A DNA stretch of 64,000 nt from an uncultured Gemmatimonadales bacterium (GTDB taxonomy: Bacteria > Gemmatimonadota > Gemmatimonadetes > Gemmatimonadales > GWC2-71-9), in assembly GCA_963846545.1 (NCBI GenBank), contig CAWJWG010000001.1:1162055-1226054 (forward strand). The letters run 5' to 3'. Shown here one piece after another: positions 9,351 to 19,007 of this stretch. Within the stretch, counting starts at the first letter, position 1, and each line of letters opens with the position of its first letter. The position numbers and the translations under genes were made by a program. The notes beneath the pieces are model-generated. The model did no database searches and had not been told where the DNA came from. It was given only the letters and a program-made list of their open reading frames with translations.

Positions 9351-11323
9351 TGGCCAAGCCCACCGCTCGCATCGCCGTCATCCAGCTCGGCTTCGCGCTC
9401 GGGGTGCTGGCCATACTCACCCGTGCGGTGCAGCTGCAGGTGATCGACGGTGACAAGTGGGCGGCCGAAGCGTCGAGCAAGCGAACAGTGCGTCAGGTGG
9501 AGGAGGCCCGCCGCGGCGCGCTCTACGACCGGAACGGGGTACCTCTCGCCGTGACCCAGGAGTTCTATCACGTCGGTATCGCGATCAACGAGCTGGAGGA
9601 TCCGAGGAGCTCCTACCGCGCACTCCTCGACAACCTCGGCGTGGCCGCCGGCCCGCTGGATCGGGTGTTCCGCGCCCGGAAGCGCTGGATCTACCTGCAC
9701 GGACCCTACAACGCGACGCAGGTGCAGGCGCTGCGTGGGTCGAAGGGGATCTACCTGTACGGGGTCTTCAAGCGCTTCTATCCGTCACGCGAGCTGGCGC
9801 GCCCGATCATCGGGGGACTGCTGCCGGACCGGGGCGAGGGAGGCGCGGGGCTGGAGCTGAGCCTGGATTCGGTCCTTGCTGGAGCGCCGGGCGAGTCCGT
9901 GATGCTGAAGGACCGGGCCGGTCGGCGGTACGATTCTCCCGCGCGCCGCATCCGCGAGCCGGTGCCCGGCAATGACGTGGTGCTGACCATCGATACGGAG
10001 CTGCAGGAGATCGCCGAGCGGGGACTCGCCAACGCGCTCGACAGCATGCAGGCCGAAGGTGGCGACATCGTCTTCCTCGATCCCAAGACCGGCGAGCTGC
10101 TCGCGCTGGCTTCGCACCAGGTTCGGGCGGGCACGGTACCGCGGGCCTCGACCTTTACAGATCCATTCGAGCCCGGCTCCACGGCGAAGCTCTTCACTGC
10201 GGCCGCCCTCTTGCAGCTCCGCCTGGTGGACAGCACGGACGAGGTGTTCGGCGAGAACGGCCATTGGCTGATGCCGGTCAATCGCCAGGGCAGGACGCGG
10301 CCGCTGACCGACGTGCACGTGCACCGTGGCAACGTCACGCTCGCCGAGGCGATCCGCACGTCGAGCAACATCGCCATGGCCAAGTTCAGCATGCGACTCT
10401 CGCCGGGACAGCAGTACGACATGCTGCGGGACTTCGGCTTCGGCACGCCGACGGGCACGGAGTTTCCGTCCGAGTCACGCGGGGCGCTGGCACCGCCCCA
10501 GCGGTGGGAGCCCATGTACACGCGGGCCAGCATGGCCATCGGCTACGAGCTGAGCGTGACGCCGGTACAGCTGGCGGCGGCGTACGGAGCCATCGCCAAC
10601 GACGGCATCCTGATGGCGCCGACGCTCGTGCGTGAGATCCGGGATCCCATGGGCCGCGTGATCTACCGTCGCGATCCGGAGCCGGTGCGACGGGTCATCA
10701 GCCGGGAGGTCGCGGAGCGACTCCGCCGGTATCTGCGCGGGGCAGTGGGAGAGGGCGGGACAGGAGAGGAAGCACAGCTGGTCAACTATACCGTGCTCGG
10801 CAAGACCGGCACGGCCCGGAAGTTCGAGGACGGCCAGTACTCGCGGACGCGGTACGTCTCCTCCTTCGCCGCCATCTTTCCGGCGGACGATCCGCAGCTC
10901 GTCGTCATCGTCAAAGTGGACAATCCAAAGGTCAGTTACTACGGGGGACGAACCGCCGCGCCGGTCACGCGCAGCATGCTCCAGCAATCCCTCGCTTCGC
11001 GCCGGGTGGCCATCAACCGCGCCCGGCTGGCGCTGCCGAGCGACAGTGGAGATGCCGTCGCCCCTATCGGAGTCACTCAGACGGGCAAGCCGATCGAGCG
11101 ACCCGCCGTCGTACTGAGATGGCCCTACGCGCCGGCCGACTCGGCCGCGAGTCCGGTGCCGGTGCCTGCCCTGCAGGGGCTCTCGGTGCGCGGGGCCGCG
11201 CTGGCACTGCATCGCCGCGGTCTGCGGATGCGCCTCGAAGGGATCGGGCGAATCACGCGGTCCGCTCCCGCGGCCGGCGAGCCGGTCCGTCCGGGCGCAT
11301 CCGTCGCCGTGTGGGCCGAATGA
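9350..11323 (+). CDS. ftsI: Peptidoglycan D,D-transpeptidase FtsI (class B PBP) with a C-terminal PASTA-like domain
   Basis: 657 aa with an N-terminal TM helix, a PBP dimerisation region and the transpeptidase motifs 'STAK' (SxxK), 'SSN' and 'KTGT'. The last ~55 aa ('PALQGLSVRGAALALHRRGLRMRLEGIGRITRSAPAAGEPVRPGASVAVW') look like a PASTA domain. Confidence 0.9.
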   Translation: MAKPTARIAVIQLGFALGVLAILTRAVQLQVIDGDKWAAEASSKRTVRQVEEARRGALYDRNGVPLAVTQEFYHVGIAINELEDPRSSYRALLDNLGVAAGPLDRVFRARKRWIYLHGPYNATQVQALRGSKGIYLYGVFKRFYPSRELARPIIGGLLPDRGEGGAGLELSLDSVLAGAPGESVMLKDRAGRRYDSPARRIREPVPGNDVVLTIDTELQEIAERGLANALDSMQAEGGDIVFLDPKTGELLALASHQVRAGTVPRASTFTDPFEPGSTAKLFTAAALLQLRLVDSTDEVFGENGHWLMPVNRQGRTRPLTDVHVHRGNVTLAEAIRTSSNIAMAKFSMRLSPGQQYDMLRDFGFGTPTGTEFPSESRGALAPPQRWEPMYTRASMAIGYELSVTPVQLAAAYGAIANDGILMAPTLVREIRDPMGRVIYRRDPEPVRRVISREVAERLRRYLRGAVGEGGTGEEAQLVNYTVLGKTGTARKFEDGQYSRTRYVSSFAAIFPADDPQLVVIVKVDNPKVSYYGGRTAAPVTRSMLQQSLASRRVAINRARLALPSDSGDAVAPIGVTQTGKPIERPAVVLRWPYAPADSAASPVPVPALQGLSVRGAALALHRRGLRMRLEGIGRITRSAPAAGEPVRPGASVAVWAE

Positions 11324-11341
11324 CCTGGAGGTCGTGAGCGG

Positions 11342-12802
11342 ATGGCACTCAGCTGGCAGGGCATGCTCGACGAGCTGCGGCGGTCGGATCTGCTGGTGTC
11401 CGCCCCGCCGGCCGGGCCTGTGCCCACGGCCCTGACGGTGGACAGCCGCGCGGCAGCCGGCGGGTCGGTGTACCTGGCCGTCCGGGGCTCGCAGGCAGAC
11501 GGCCACCGCTATGTGGGCGATGCGGTGCGCCGAGGAGCCGCCGCGGCCGTCGTCGAAGCGCCGTCATCGTCCGGGGTGCCGGAGGTGGTAGTGCGAGACG
11601 GGCGCCGGGCGGCGCTCGTCCTGGGGGCCGCGTGGTTCGGGCACCCCGCGCGGAAGCTCGGCCTGGTGGGCGTGACCGGCACCAACGGCAAGACCACGAC
11701 GACGGGTCTCCTGCGCCACGTGTTCAACCGGCACGGCGACACCGGGAGCATCGGGACGCTCGGCGCCTTCGACGGTCACGGGGAGGCGGTCGCGTCCACC
11801 GCGGGGACGCTGACCACGCCGGGACCGATCGACCTGCAGGCCACCTTCGCCGCGATGGTGGAGCGCGGCGTGCGGCGGGTGGCGATGGAGACCTCGTCGC
11901 ACAGCCTCGACCAGGGCCGGCTCGACGGGCTCACCTTCGCCGCGGGCGTCTTCACCAACCTGACGCGCGACCATCTCGACTACCACGGTAGCATGGAGTC
12001 CTACCTCGCGGCCAAGCTCAAGCTGGGGGCGATGCTGGCCAGCGACGGTGTGGAGGTGGTGAATCTCGATGACGAGGCGTGGCTCGCCCTCCCGGCCCGG
12101 GTTCGTCGGCTGACCTTCGGCACGCACCGCGCGGCCGATGTGCGCGCGGCGGACGTGGTGCTCGAGGCGGGCGGCAGCCGGTTCCGCCTGGACGGGTGTT
12201 ACGGCCCGGCGGAGGTGGCGTTGCCGTTGCTCGGCGATTTCAACGTGGCCAACGCGCTCGCGGCTGGGGCGTGCGCGCTGGGCATGGGCGTTTCTCTCGC
12301 CGAGGTCGCAAGCCGGCTCTCGTCCTCGCCGCAGGTACCCGGGCGCATGGAGCGGGTGGCGGAGACGCCTTGTGTGGTGCTGCGCGACTACGCGCACACA
12401 CCCGATGCGCTCGAGCGAGCGCTGGCTACGCTCCGGCCGCTCACGGCGGGGCGCCTCGTCGTCGTGTTCGGGTGCGGTGGAGACCGCGACAAGGGGAAAC
12501 GCCCGCTGATGGGCCGGGTGGCGGCCGAGGGCTCGGATGTGGCGATCGTCACGTCCGACAATCCGCGGACCGAAGATCCCGCCGCGATCATCGACGACAT
12601 CGAGCAGGGCATGGGATCGGTGGCGCATCGCCGGATCACCGACCGCCTGGAGGCGATCCGCGCCGCGCTCGAAGAAGCCCGCGCGGGGGACACGGTGCTG
12701 CTGGCCGGCAAGGGACACGAGACCTACCAGATCCTCGGTACCGAGAAGGTCCCGTTCGACGAACGGGCGATCGTCCGCCGGCTGGTGGGAGTGGAATCGT
12801 GA
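11342..12802 (+). CDS. murE: UDP-N-acetylmuramoyl-L-alanyl-D-glutamate--2,6-diaminopimelate ligase MurE
   Basis: 486 aa with 'GVTGTNGKTTT', 'DNPR' and 'GKGHE', and it holds the MurE position in the dcw order. Confidence 0.9.
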   Translation: MALSWQGMLDELRRSDLLVSAPPAGPVPTALTVDSRAAAGGSVYLAVRGSQADGHRYVGDAVRRGAAAAVVEAPSSSGVPEVVVRDGRRAALVLGAAWFGHPARKLGLVGVTGTNGKTTTTGLLRHVFNRHGDTGSIGTLGAFDGHGEAVASTAGTLTTPGPIDLQATFAAMVERGVRRVAMETSSHSLDQGRLDGLTFAAGVFTNLTRDHLDYHGSMESYLAAKLKLGAMLASDGVEVVNLDDEAWLALPARVRRLTFGTHRAADVRAADVVLEAGGSRFRLDGCYGPAEVALPLLGDFNVANALAAGACALGMGVSLAEVASRLSSSPQVPGRMERVAETPCVVLRDYAHTPDALERALATLRPLTAGRLVVVFGCGGDRDKGKRPLMGRVAAEGSDVAIVTSDNPRTEDPAAIIDDIEQGMGSVAHRRITDRLEAIRAALEEARAGDTVLLAGKGHETYQILGTEKVPFDERAIVRRLVGVES

Positions 12803-14181
12803 GCGGCGCCGACGACGCGGCCCCTGTCGTCCCCGGGTGGCGTGAATCCGTCGTTCGCGAGGCCCTCGGCCTGACCAGTGCAGGCGGTGACGCCACCTTC
12901 TCCACCATTTCCACGGATACTCGCGCGATCACACCCGGTGCGCTGTTCGTGGCGCTCTCGGGCGAGCGCTTCGACGGGCACAACTATCTCGCCGCCGCGG
13001 CAGCGGCAGGAGCGCAGGCCGCTCTCGTGCGCGAGGGAACCGCGGGGGTGCCCGGGCTCCGGCTGCTCGAGGTGCCCGACACGCTCCGGGCGTTCGGGGC
13101 GCTGGCGGGGGCGCGGCGAGCGGCGCTCGAGGGCCCCGTCGTCGCCATCACGGGCACCAATGGCAAGACCAGCACCAAGGAGATGCTCGCGGCGGCGCTC
13201 CGTACCAGGTACGCGACGCACGCCACCCGGGCCAACCTCAACAACCTCGTGGGGGTCCCACTCACGATCCTGGAGGCGCCCGTGGGCACCGAGGCGCTCG
13301 TGGTGGAAGCGGGAGCCAACCAGCCCGGCGAGATCGCCCGCTACCGGGTGATCATCGCGCCGCGCGTGGTCATCATCACCAATGCGGTGGCGGGTCATCT
13401 CGAGGGGTTCGGATCACTCGAGGGTGTGATCGAGGAGAAGCTCTCGCTGGCCGATGGCGCGGAGGTCGCGGTGGTCGGGGTGGATCCGCCGGCGCTGGCG
13501 ACCGGTGCCGGCCGGCGGGCGCGCCGGGTCGTGACCGCGGCCCTCGAAGGGGCCGACCTCAGGCCGGACCGCGTCGAGATCGGCGCCGACGCCCGTCCCA
13601 CGCTCACATTCGGCGACATCACGTTCACGCTGGCCGCGCGCGGGCTGCACCAGGCGGACAACGCCGTTCGGGTCTGGGCCGCGGCCGCGGAGCTGGGGCT
13701 CGATCCCCACGCCGTCGCGAAGGCGCTGGAAGGCTTCTCGCTTCCCGCCGGACGCGGAGAGCTGCTCCAGGTGGGAGGGCTCACCATCCTGAACGACTGC
13801 TACAACGCGAATCCGCAGTCGTTCCGGTCGGCCATGGCCACGGCGCGGAGTCTCCGCGTGGGCCGCCGCCTCGTCTTCGTGGCGGGGACCATGCGCGAGC
13901 TGGGCAAGGACTCGGCGACGTTTCACGCCCAGGTGGCGAGTGACCTGGTCGAGCTCGCGCCCGACCTGCTCGCGGTGGTGGGAGACTTCGTTCCCGCGCT
14001 GCAGCAGTACACCGGCCGGCTGGGGGATCGCCTCATCACCGCGCCGGATCCGCTCGCGCTGGCGCCGCTCCTGAGCCAGCGCCTCGAGGGCGACGAAGTC
14101 GTGGTGCTGAAGGCATCCCGCGGCGTGGCGCTCGAACGTATACTTCCGGCGCTCACCGCTCGCGCCAATTCACTCGGCTGA
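12799..14181 (+). CDS. murF: UDP-N-acetylmuramoyl-tripeptide--D-alanyl-D-alanine ligase MurF
   Basis: The GTG at 12799 overlaps the murE stop (GTGA). Motifs include 'ITGTNGKTSTKEM' and 'NDCYNANP'. The listed ORF start at 12079 is only a frame extension across murE. Confidence 0.9.
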   Translation: MSGADDAAPVVPGWRESVVREALGLTSAGGDATFSTISTDTRAITPGALFVALSGERFDGHNYLAAAAAAGAQAALVREGTAGVPGLRLLEVPDTLRAFGALAGARRAALEGPVVAITGTNGKTSTKEMLAAALRTRYATHATRANLNNLVGVPLTILEAPVGTEALVVEAGANQPGEIARYRVIIAPRVVIITNAVAGHLEGFGSLEGVIEEKLSLADGAEVAVVGVDPPALATGAGRRARRVVTAALEGADLRPDRVEIGADARPTLTFGDITFTLAARGLHQADNAVRVWAAAAELGLDPHAVAKALEGFSLPAGRGELLQVGGLTILNDCYNANPQSFRSAMATARSLRVGRRLVFVAGTMRELGKDSATFHAQVASDLVELAPDLLAVVGDFVPALQQYTGRLGDRLITAPDPLALAPLLSQRLEGDEVVVLKASRGVALERILPALTARANSLG

Positions 14182-14187
14182 GGACGG

Positions 14188-15315
14188 ATGCTCTATCATT
14201 GGCTCGCGCCGCTCGGCCAGACGTACATCATCTTCAATCTCTTCAATTACATCAGTTTCAGGGCGGCGGGAGCGACGGTGACGGCGCTCCTCCTCGCGTT
14301 CGTGGTGGGACCACCGGTGATTCGGCGGCTCCGGGCACGCAAGGTGGGGCAGGTGATTCGGGCGGAGGGGCCGGCCAGCCATCAGAGCAAGCGCGGCACA
14401 CCGACGATGGGCGGGCTCATCATTCTCCTCGCGACCATCGTCCCCACGCTCCTGTGGGCACCGGTCACCAACCACTTCGTGGTGGTGGCGATGCTCTCCA
14501 CCCTCTGGATGGGGTGTATCGGGTTCGTGGACGACTACCTCAAGATCGTTCAGGGCAAGTCGCGAGGACTGGTGGCGAAGTGGAAGCTCGCCGGCCAGGT
14601 GAGCTTCGGCGTGCTCCTGGGCCTCTTCCTGATCTACAATCCGGTGGTCCCGCCGGAGACGATCCCGGCGACCGCCACCACGCTTCCGTTCTTCAAGTAT
14701 CTCGTCGTCAACTTCGCCCCGCTGCTGTACATGATCTTCGTAACCGTGGTGATCACCGGCAGCAGCAACGCGGTGAACCTCACCGACGGGCTCGACGGTC
14801 TCGCCACGGGGCTGGCGGGGATCTCGGCTGCCGCGTTCGCGGGTTTCGCGTACCTCTTCGGGCGCACCGACGTCACCGGTTACCTCAACCTCTTCTACCT
14901 GCCCGGGGCCGGGGAGCTGGCGGTGTTCTGCGCCGCGCTCATGGGCGCCACCATCGGCTTCCTCTGGTTCAACGCGCATCCCGCCCAGGTCTTCATGGGG
15001 GACACGGGGAGCCTGGCGATCGGCGGTGCCCTCGGCACGGTGGCGATCCTGCTCAAGGCCGAGTTCCTGCTGCTTCTGATCGGCGGCGTCTTCGCCGCGG
15101 AGGCGATCTCGGTCCTGATCCAGACCGGGACGTACAAGTGGTTCAAGCGCACGCGGGGCAAGGAGTACGCCGATGCCCATCGAGTGTTCCGCATGGCGCC
15201 GTTGCATCACCACTTCGAGAAGCTGGGATGGGCCGAGACGACGGTCGTGACGCGCTTCTACATCCTGGGACTCTTCTGCGCGCTCCTCGCGCTCTCGACG
15301 CTGAAGGTGCGCTGA
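14188..15315 (+). CDS. mraY: Phospho-N-acetylmuramoyl-pentapeptide transferase MraY
   Basis: 375 aa polytopic membrane protein with 'KRGTPTMGG', 'NAVNLTDGLDGLA' and 'FMGDTGSLAIGGAL'. Confidence 0.95.
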   Translation: MLYHWLAPLGQTYIIFNLFNYISFRAAGATVTALLLAFVVGPPVIRRLRARKVGQVIRAEGPASHQSKRGTPTMGGLIILLATIVPTLLWAPVTNHFVVVAMLSTLWMGCIGFVDDYLKIVQGKSRGLVAKWKLAGQVSFGVLLGLFLIYNPVVPPETIPATATTLPFFKYLVVNFAPLLYMIFVTVVITGSSNAVNLTDGLDGLATGLAGISAAAFAGFAYLFGRTDVTGYLNLFYLPGAGELAVFCAALMGATIGFLWFNAHPAQVFMGDTGSLAIGGALGTVAILLKAEFLLLLIGGVFAAEAISVLIQTGTYKWFKRTRGKEYADAHRVFRMAPLHHHFEKLGWAETTVVTRFYILGLFCALLALSTLKVR

Positions 15316-15317
15316 GC

Positions 15318-16682
15318 ATGGCGGGCATACCGTTGCTCGACGGGTGGCGTGCCAGTGGTCGCGAAGTGGCGGTCGTGGGTCTGGGGAAGAGTGGAGTGGC
15401 CGCGACGCTGCTCCTGCGGGACCACGGGATTCCCACCTACGCCTCCGACTCCGGCACCGGTCCCGCCTTCGATGAGTGGGCGGCGAAGCTGAGCGAGGCC
15501 GGCGCGACCGTGCATCTCGGCGGGCACGATCTCGACCGGATCGCCCGAGCCGTGGCGGTGGTCGTGGCGCCCGGCGTTCCGCCCGACGTGCCCGCGCTGG
15601 AGGCGGCGCGGGCCGCGGACGTGCCGATTCACGCCGAAGTGGACATCGGATTCCTGGCACTCCCTGGCACAAGATGCATCGGCATCACCGGCACCAACGG
15701 CAAGACCACAACCACCTCGCTGATCGCGCACGTGCTGGTGGCGGGCGGACTCCGGGCCGAAACCGCGGGCAACATCGGACGGCCGCTGTGCGACGTCGCA
15801 CGAGCGGAGTCGCCTCCGGACTGGCTCGCGCTGGAGCTGTCCTCCTTTCAGCTGCACGACACGCCGAACCTCCGGCCGGCGGTCGGAGTGCTCACCAACC
15901 TCGCCCCCAACCATCTCGACCGGTATCACACGCTCGAGGAGTACTACGGGGACAAGGCGCTCCTCTTCCGGAACGCCGACGCGAGCTCCGTCACCGTCAG
16001 CAATGCCGACGATCCGGCGGTGCAGGCCATGGTTCGGCCGGTGCCCGGGCGCCACGTGCGATTCTCCGTGCGCGAGCGGGCGGACGCCTGGTTCGACCGG
16101 GAGGCGGGCCACCTCATGCTTGGCACCACCCGACTTCTCCCGCGTGGAGATCTGCCGCTCCTGGGCGATCACAACGTGGCCAACGCGCTGACGGCCGCGC
16201 TGGCCGCGATGGCAGCCGGGTGTCCGGTGGAGGGAATCGAGGCCGGCCTCCGCACGTTCCGGGCGATTCCCCATCGGGTGGAGCCGGTGCGCGAGGTGGA
16301 CGGCGTGCTGTGGATCAACGACTCCAAGTCCACCAACGTCACCTCGACCGAAGTCGCCATCACGGCGCTCGATCGGCCCTTCGTGCTGCTGCTGGGCGGC
16401 CGGCACAAGGGCGAGCCGTACGCCAGGCTCGCGGAGCTGCTGCGCGATCGCTGCCGCGCGGTGGTGGCCTATGGCGAGGCCGGTCCGCTCGTGGTCCGCG
16501 ATCTGGGTGAGGCCTTGACGGTCGTGCCCGCCGGATCGTTCGACGAAGTGCTGGCGACCGCGCGTCAGCTCGCTCACCCGGGCGATGCGGTGCTGCTGTC
16601 CCCCGCGTGCTCGAGCTACGACATGTTCAAGAACTACGAGGAGCGCGGCGCGCGCTTTCGCCAAGCGGTGGAGGCGCTCTGA
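15318..16682 (+). CDS. murD: UDP-N-acetylmuramoylalanine--D-glutamate ligase MurD
   Basis: The ATG at 15318 gives 'VAVVGLGKSGVAA', 'GITGTNGKTTTTSL' and 'NDSKSTN'. The listed 14199 start is a frame extension across mraY. Confidence 0.9.
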   Translation: MAGIPLLDGWRASGREVAVVGLGKSGVAATLLLRDHGIPTYASDSGTGPAFDEWAAKLSEAGATVHLGGHDLDRIARAVAVVVAPGVPPDVPALEAARAADVPIHAEVDIGFLALPGTRCIGITGTNGKTTTTSLIAHVLVAGGLRAETAGNIGRPLCDVARAESPPDWLALELSSFQLHDTPNLRPAVGVLTNLAPNHLDRYHTLEEYYGDKALLFRNADASSVTVSNADDPAVQAMVRPVPGRHVRFSVRERADAWFDREAGHLMLGTTRLLPRGDLPLLGDHNVANALTAALAAMAAGCPVEGIEAGLRTFRAIPHRVEPVREVDGVLWINDSKSTNVTSTEVAITALDRPFVLLLGGRHKGEPYARLAELLRDRCRAVVAYGEAGPLVVRDLGEALTVVPAGSFDEVLATARQLAHPGDAVLLSPACSSYDMFKNYEERGARFRQAVEAL

Positions 16683-16711
16683 CGTCGCGGCCGGTACGCT
16701 ACCCCGGCGAG

Positions 16712-17860
16712 ATGCGCTGGGAGACGCGCCTCCTCGGGGCGGTGACGGCCGTTCTGCTCGGATTCGGGGTCGCGGCGGTCTACGGGGCGTCGAGCCTGGT
16801 CACGGTGCGGGGCGAGCGGGTCGGCCTCGACTTCGCGGTGAACCAGCTCAGCGGCGCTCTGCTCGGCGGGGTGCTCCTGCTGATCGCGTCACGGCAGGAC
16901 TACTACCGCTGGCGGACGCTCGCGTGGCCGCTGCTGGGGGTGACGATCGTACTCCTCCTGATCCCCATCCTCCCGTTCACGACCGCGATCGCCCCGTCGC
17001 TCAACGGCGCGCGGCGCTGGGTCGAGCTCGGCCCGCTTCGACTGCAGCCCTCCGAGCTGGCGCGCATCGCCGTGGTGGTCTGGTGCGCCATGCTGGCGGC
17101 GAAGAAGGGCCCGCAGGTGCGGGAGTTCAAGAAGGGGATGCTGCCCTTCATCGTGGTCCTGGGTATCGTCTCGTTTCTCATCCTGCTGCAGCCCAACCTG
17201 TCCATGGCCACGCTGACCGCGCTGCTCGGCGGACTCGTGCTCTTCACCGCGGGCGCGAAGATCGGGCACTTCATCCTCCTGTCCGGGGCCGGCGTGATTC
17301 TCGTCTTCCACCAGATCCGTGACGCGCAGTATCGGCTCGCCCGGCTGGTGACCTTCCTGAATCCGGGCGACGCCACGACCGAGGGGGGATTTCAGATCCA
17401 CCAGTCGCTGGTCGGGATCGGATCCGGTGGGATCTTCGGCACGGGCTACGGCCAGGGCCAGCAGAAGCTGGGCTATCTGCCGTACGCGTACTCCGACTTC
17501 CTCTTCAGCACGATCGGTGAGGAGTGGGGTCTGGTCGGCGTCTTCACGGTGGTGGCCCTGTTCGCCCTGTTCTGCTGGCTGGGGTTCCGTATCGCACGCA
17601 CGGCCTCCGATCCGTTCGGCCAGTATCTGGCCACCGGCCTCACCTCCGCCATCGGGTTGACGGCCTTCATGCACATGGCCGTGTCGCTCGGCATCATGCC
17701 CACGACCGGCCTCACGCTGCCCTTCATGTCCTACGGGCGCTCCAGCCTCGTGATCTCGCTGCTCGCCACCGGGATCCTGATCAACATCGGCCGCTCACGG
17801 GGCCGTCCGCGGGCGGCGGTCGCATCCCGGAAGGCCAAGGACGAGGACGAGGGAGAGTGA
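16712..17860 (+). CDS. ftsW: Peptidoglycan glycosyltransferase FtsW (SEDS family)
   Basis: Polytopic SEDS protein with 'LQPSELARIAVVVW', 'QPNLSMATL' and 'LPFMSYGRSSL'. I prefer the ATG at 16712, since the 16607 GTG would overlap murD by 76 nt. Confidence 0.85.
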   Translation: MRWETRLLGAVTAVLLGFGVAAVYGASSLVTVRGERVGLDFAVNQLSGALLGGVLLLIASRQDYYRWRTLAWPLLGVTIVLLLIPILPFTTAIAPSLNGARRWVELGPLRLQPSELARIAVVVWCAMLAAKKGPQVREFKKGMLPFIVVLGIVSFLILLQPNLSMATLTALLGGLVLFTAGAKIGHFILLSGAGVILVFHQIRDAQYRLARLVTFLNPGDATTEGGFQIHQSLVGIGSGGIFGTGYGQGQQKLGYLPYAYSDFLFSTIGEEWGLVGVFTVVALFALFCWLGFRIARTASDPFGQYLATGLTSAIGLTAFMHMAVSLGIMPTTGLTLPFMSYGRSSLVISLLATGILINIGRSRGRPRAAVASRKAKDEDEGE

Positions 17861-18957
17861 CCGCGCGCGCTCGCACCGTCCTGATCGCCGGCGGCGGCAC
17901 CGGAGGCCATCTGACGCCCGCGCTCGCCATCGCGGCGGCGATCGAAGCGAGTGGCGCGGGCCTCGAGCCGGTACTGGTGGGCGCCATGCGCGGGGTCGAG
18001 GCGACCATCCTTCCGACCCGCGACTTCCGCTATCACTTGCTGCCCTCCGAGCCGATCTACCGGCGCGCGTGGTGGCGGAACGTGCGCTGGCCGCTGCTGG
18101 CGGGTCGGCTGCTGCGTGGCGTGGACGAGCTGCTCGCGGCTGAGCGACCCGCTGCCGTGCTGGGCACCGGCGGCTACGCCTCGGCACCGGTCGTCTGGCG
18201 CGCGGCACGCCGTGGACTGCCGACAGCGATCCAAGAGCAGAACGCGTATCCCGGGCTGGCCACGCGCTGGCTCAGCCGGCGAGTCCGGCATGTGTACCTG
18301 GGTCTCCCGGAAGCGAGGAGGCTCCTCCGGTTCGGCACCCGCACCCAGGTGTTCGACACCGGCAACCCGATCGTCCCGCCGACGCCGGAACGGAAGCTCG
18401 AGGCCCAGCGCCTGTTCGGGCTGTCGCCCGGCGTCCCAGTCGTCCTGGTGACAGGGGGCAGTCAGGGTGCGCTCGCGTTGAATCGCGCGGTGGCAGGATG
18501 GCTCGACGCCGGCGGTCCCGACTCGACCGCGCTGATCTGGGTCACCGGCAAGGGCACATATGAGGAGTTTGCCCGCTACCACAGGCCCCCGCACGTCCGG
18601 GTGGTGGACTTTCTCGACCCCATGGCCGATGCGTATGCAGTGGCCGACCTCGTCGTCTCGCGAGCCGGCATGATCACGGTGGCGGAGCTCTGCGCCTGGG
18701 GCTTGCCCAGTGTTCTGATCCCGCTTCCGACAGCGGCCGCCGATCATCAGACCCACAATGCGCGGGTGCTGGCGGAGGCGGGGGCGTCGCAGATGATCGC
18801 CCAACCCGCGCTCACGCCGGCGGCCCTGGCCGAATCGGTCAAGCGGTTGCTGTCGGATCACGGGATGCGAAGCGCGATGGCCGATCGGGCGCGCGCCAGG
18901 GGTAAACCTCAGGCGGCGTTTGAGATAGTGTCGAATTTGTTGACGCTGGTCCGGTGA
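17857..18957 (+). CDS. murG: UDP-GlcNAc--undecaprenyl-PP-MurNAc-pentapeptide GlcNAc transferase MurG
   Basis: The GTG at 17857 overlaps the ftsW stop. Motifs include 'LIAGGGTGGHLTPALAIA', 'TGGSQGA' and 'SRAGMITVAELCAWGLPSVLIP...DHQTHNA'. Confidence 0.9.
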   Translation: MTARARTVLIAGGGTGGHLTPALAIAAAIEASGAGLEPVLVGAMRGVEATILPTRDFRYHLLPSEPIYRRAWWRNVRWPLLAGRLLRGVDELLAAERPAAVLGTGGYASAPVVWRAARRGLPTAIQEQNAYPGLATRWLSRRVRHVYLGLPEARRLLRFGTRTQVFDTGNPIVPPTPERKLEAQRLFGLSPGVPVVLVTGGSQGALALNRAVAGWLDAGGPDSTALIWVTGKGTYEEFARYHRPPHVRVVDFLDPMADAYAVADLVVSRAGMITVAELCAWGLPSVLIPLPTAAADHQTHNARVLAEAGASQMIAQPALTPAALAESVKRLLSDHGMRSAMADRARARGKPQAAFEIVSNLLTLVR

Positions 18958-18967
18958 TCGATCCTCT

Positions 18968-18995
18968 TTGAGAACTTGCAGCCATACCTTACATT
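18968..18995 (+). promoter_or_regulatory. Candidate sigma70-type promoter inside the dcw cluster (upstream of murC)
   Basis: TTGAGA, a 16-nt spacer, then TACATT, in the only AT-richer spacer of the cluster (18958-19007). This is a by-eye motif match only. Confidence 0.25.
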
Positions 18996-19007
18996 GGCTC
19001 AGCCACC

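Noticed and set aside
12079-14181. Long + strand ORFs that appear to start deep inside the preceding gene: 12079 (murF), 14199 (murD), 17524 (murG), 20860 (ftsA), 24479 (hisA), 34470 (deoB), 36558, 39322, 52417 (ribH), 58066, 58089 and 59150.
   Set aside because: The recognisable protein begins at an internal ATG or GTG that overlaps or abuts the upstream stop. The upstream extension is Arg/Gly-rich nonsense in an alternative frame of a real gene.
16607-16711. An upstream GTG start for ftsW, overlapping murD by 76 nt.
   Set aside because: The extension ('MLELRHVQELRGARRALSPSGGG...') is the murD 3' end in another frame. The ATG at 16712 precedes the first FtsW-like TM segment.
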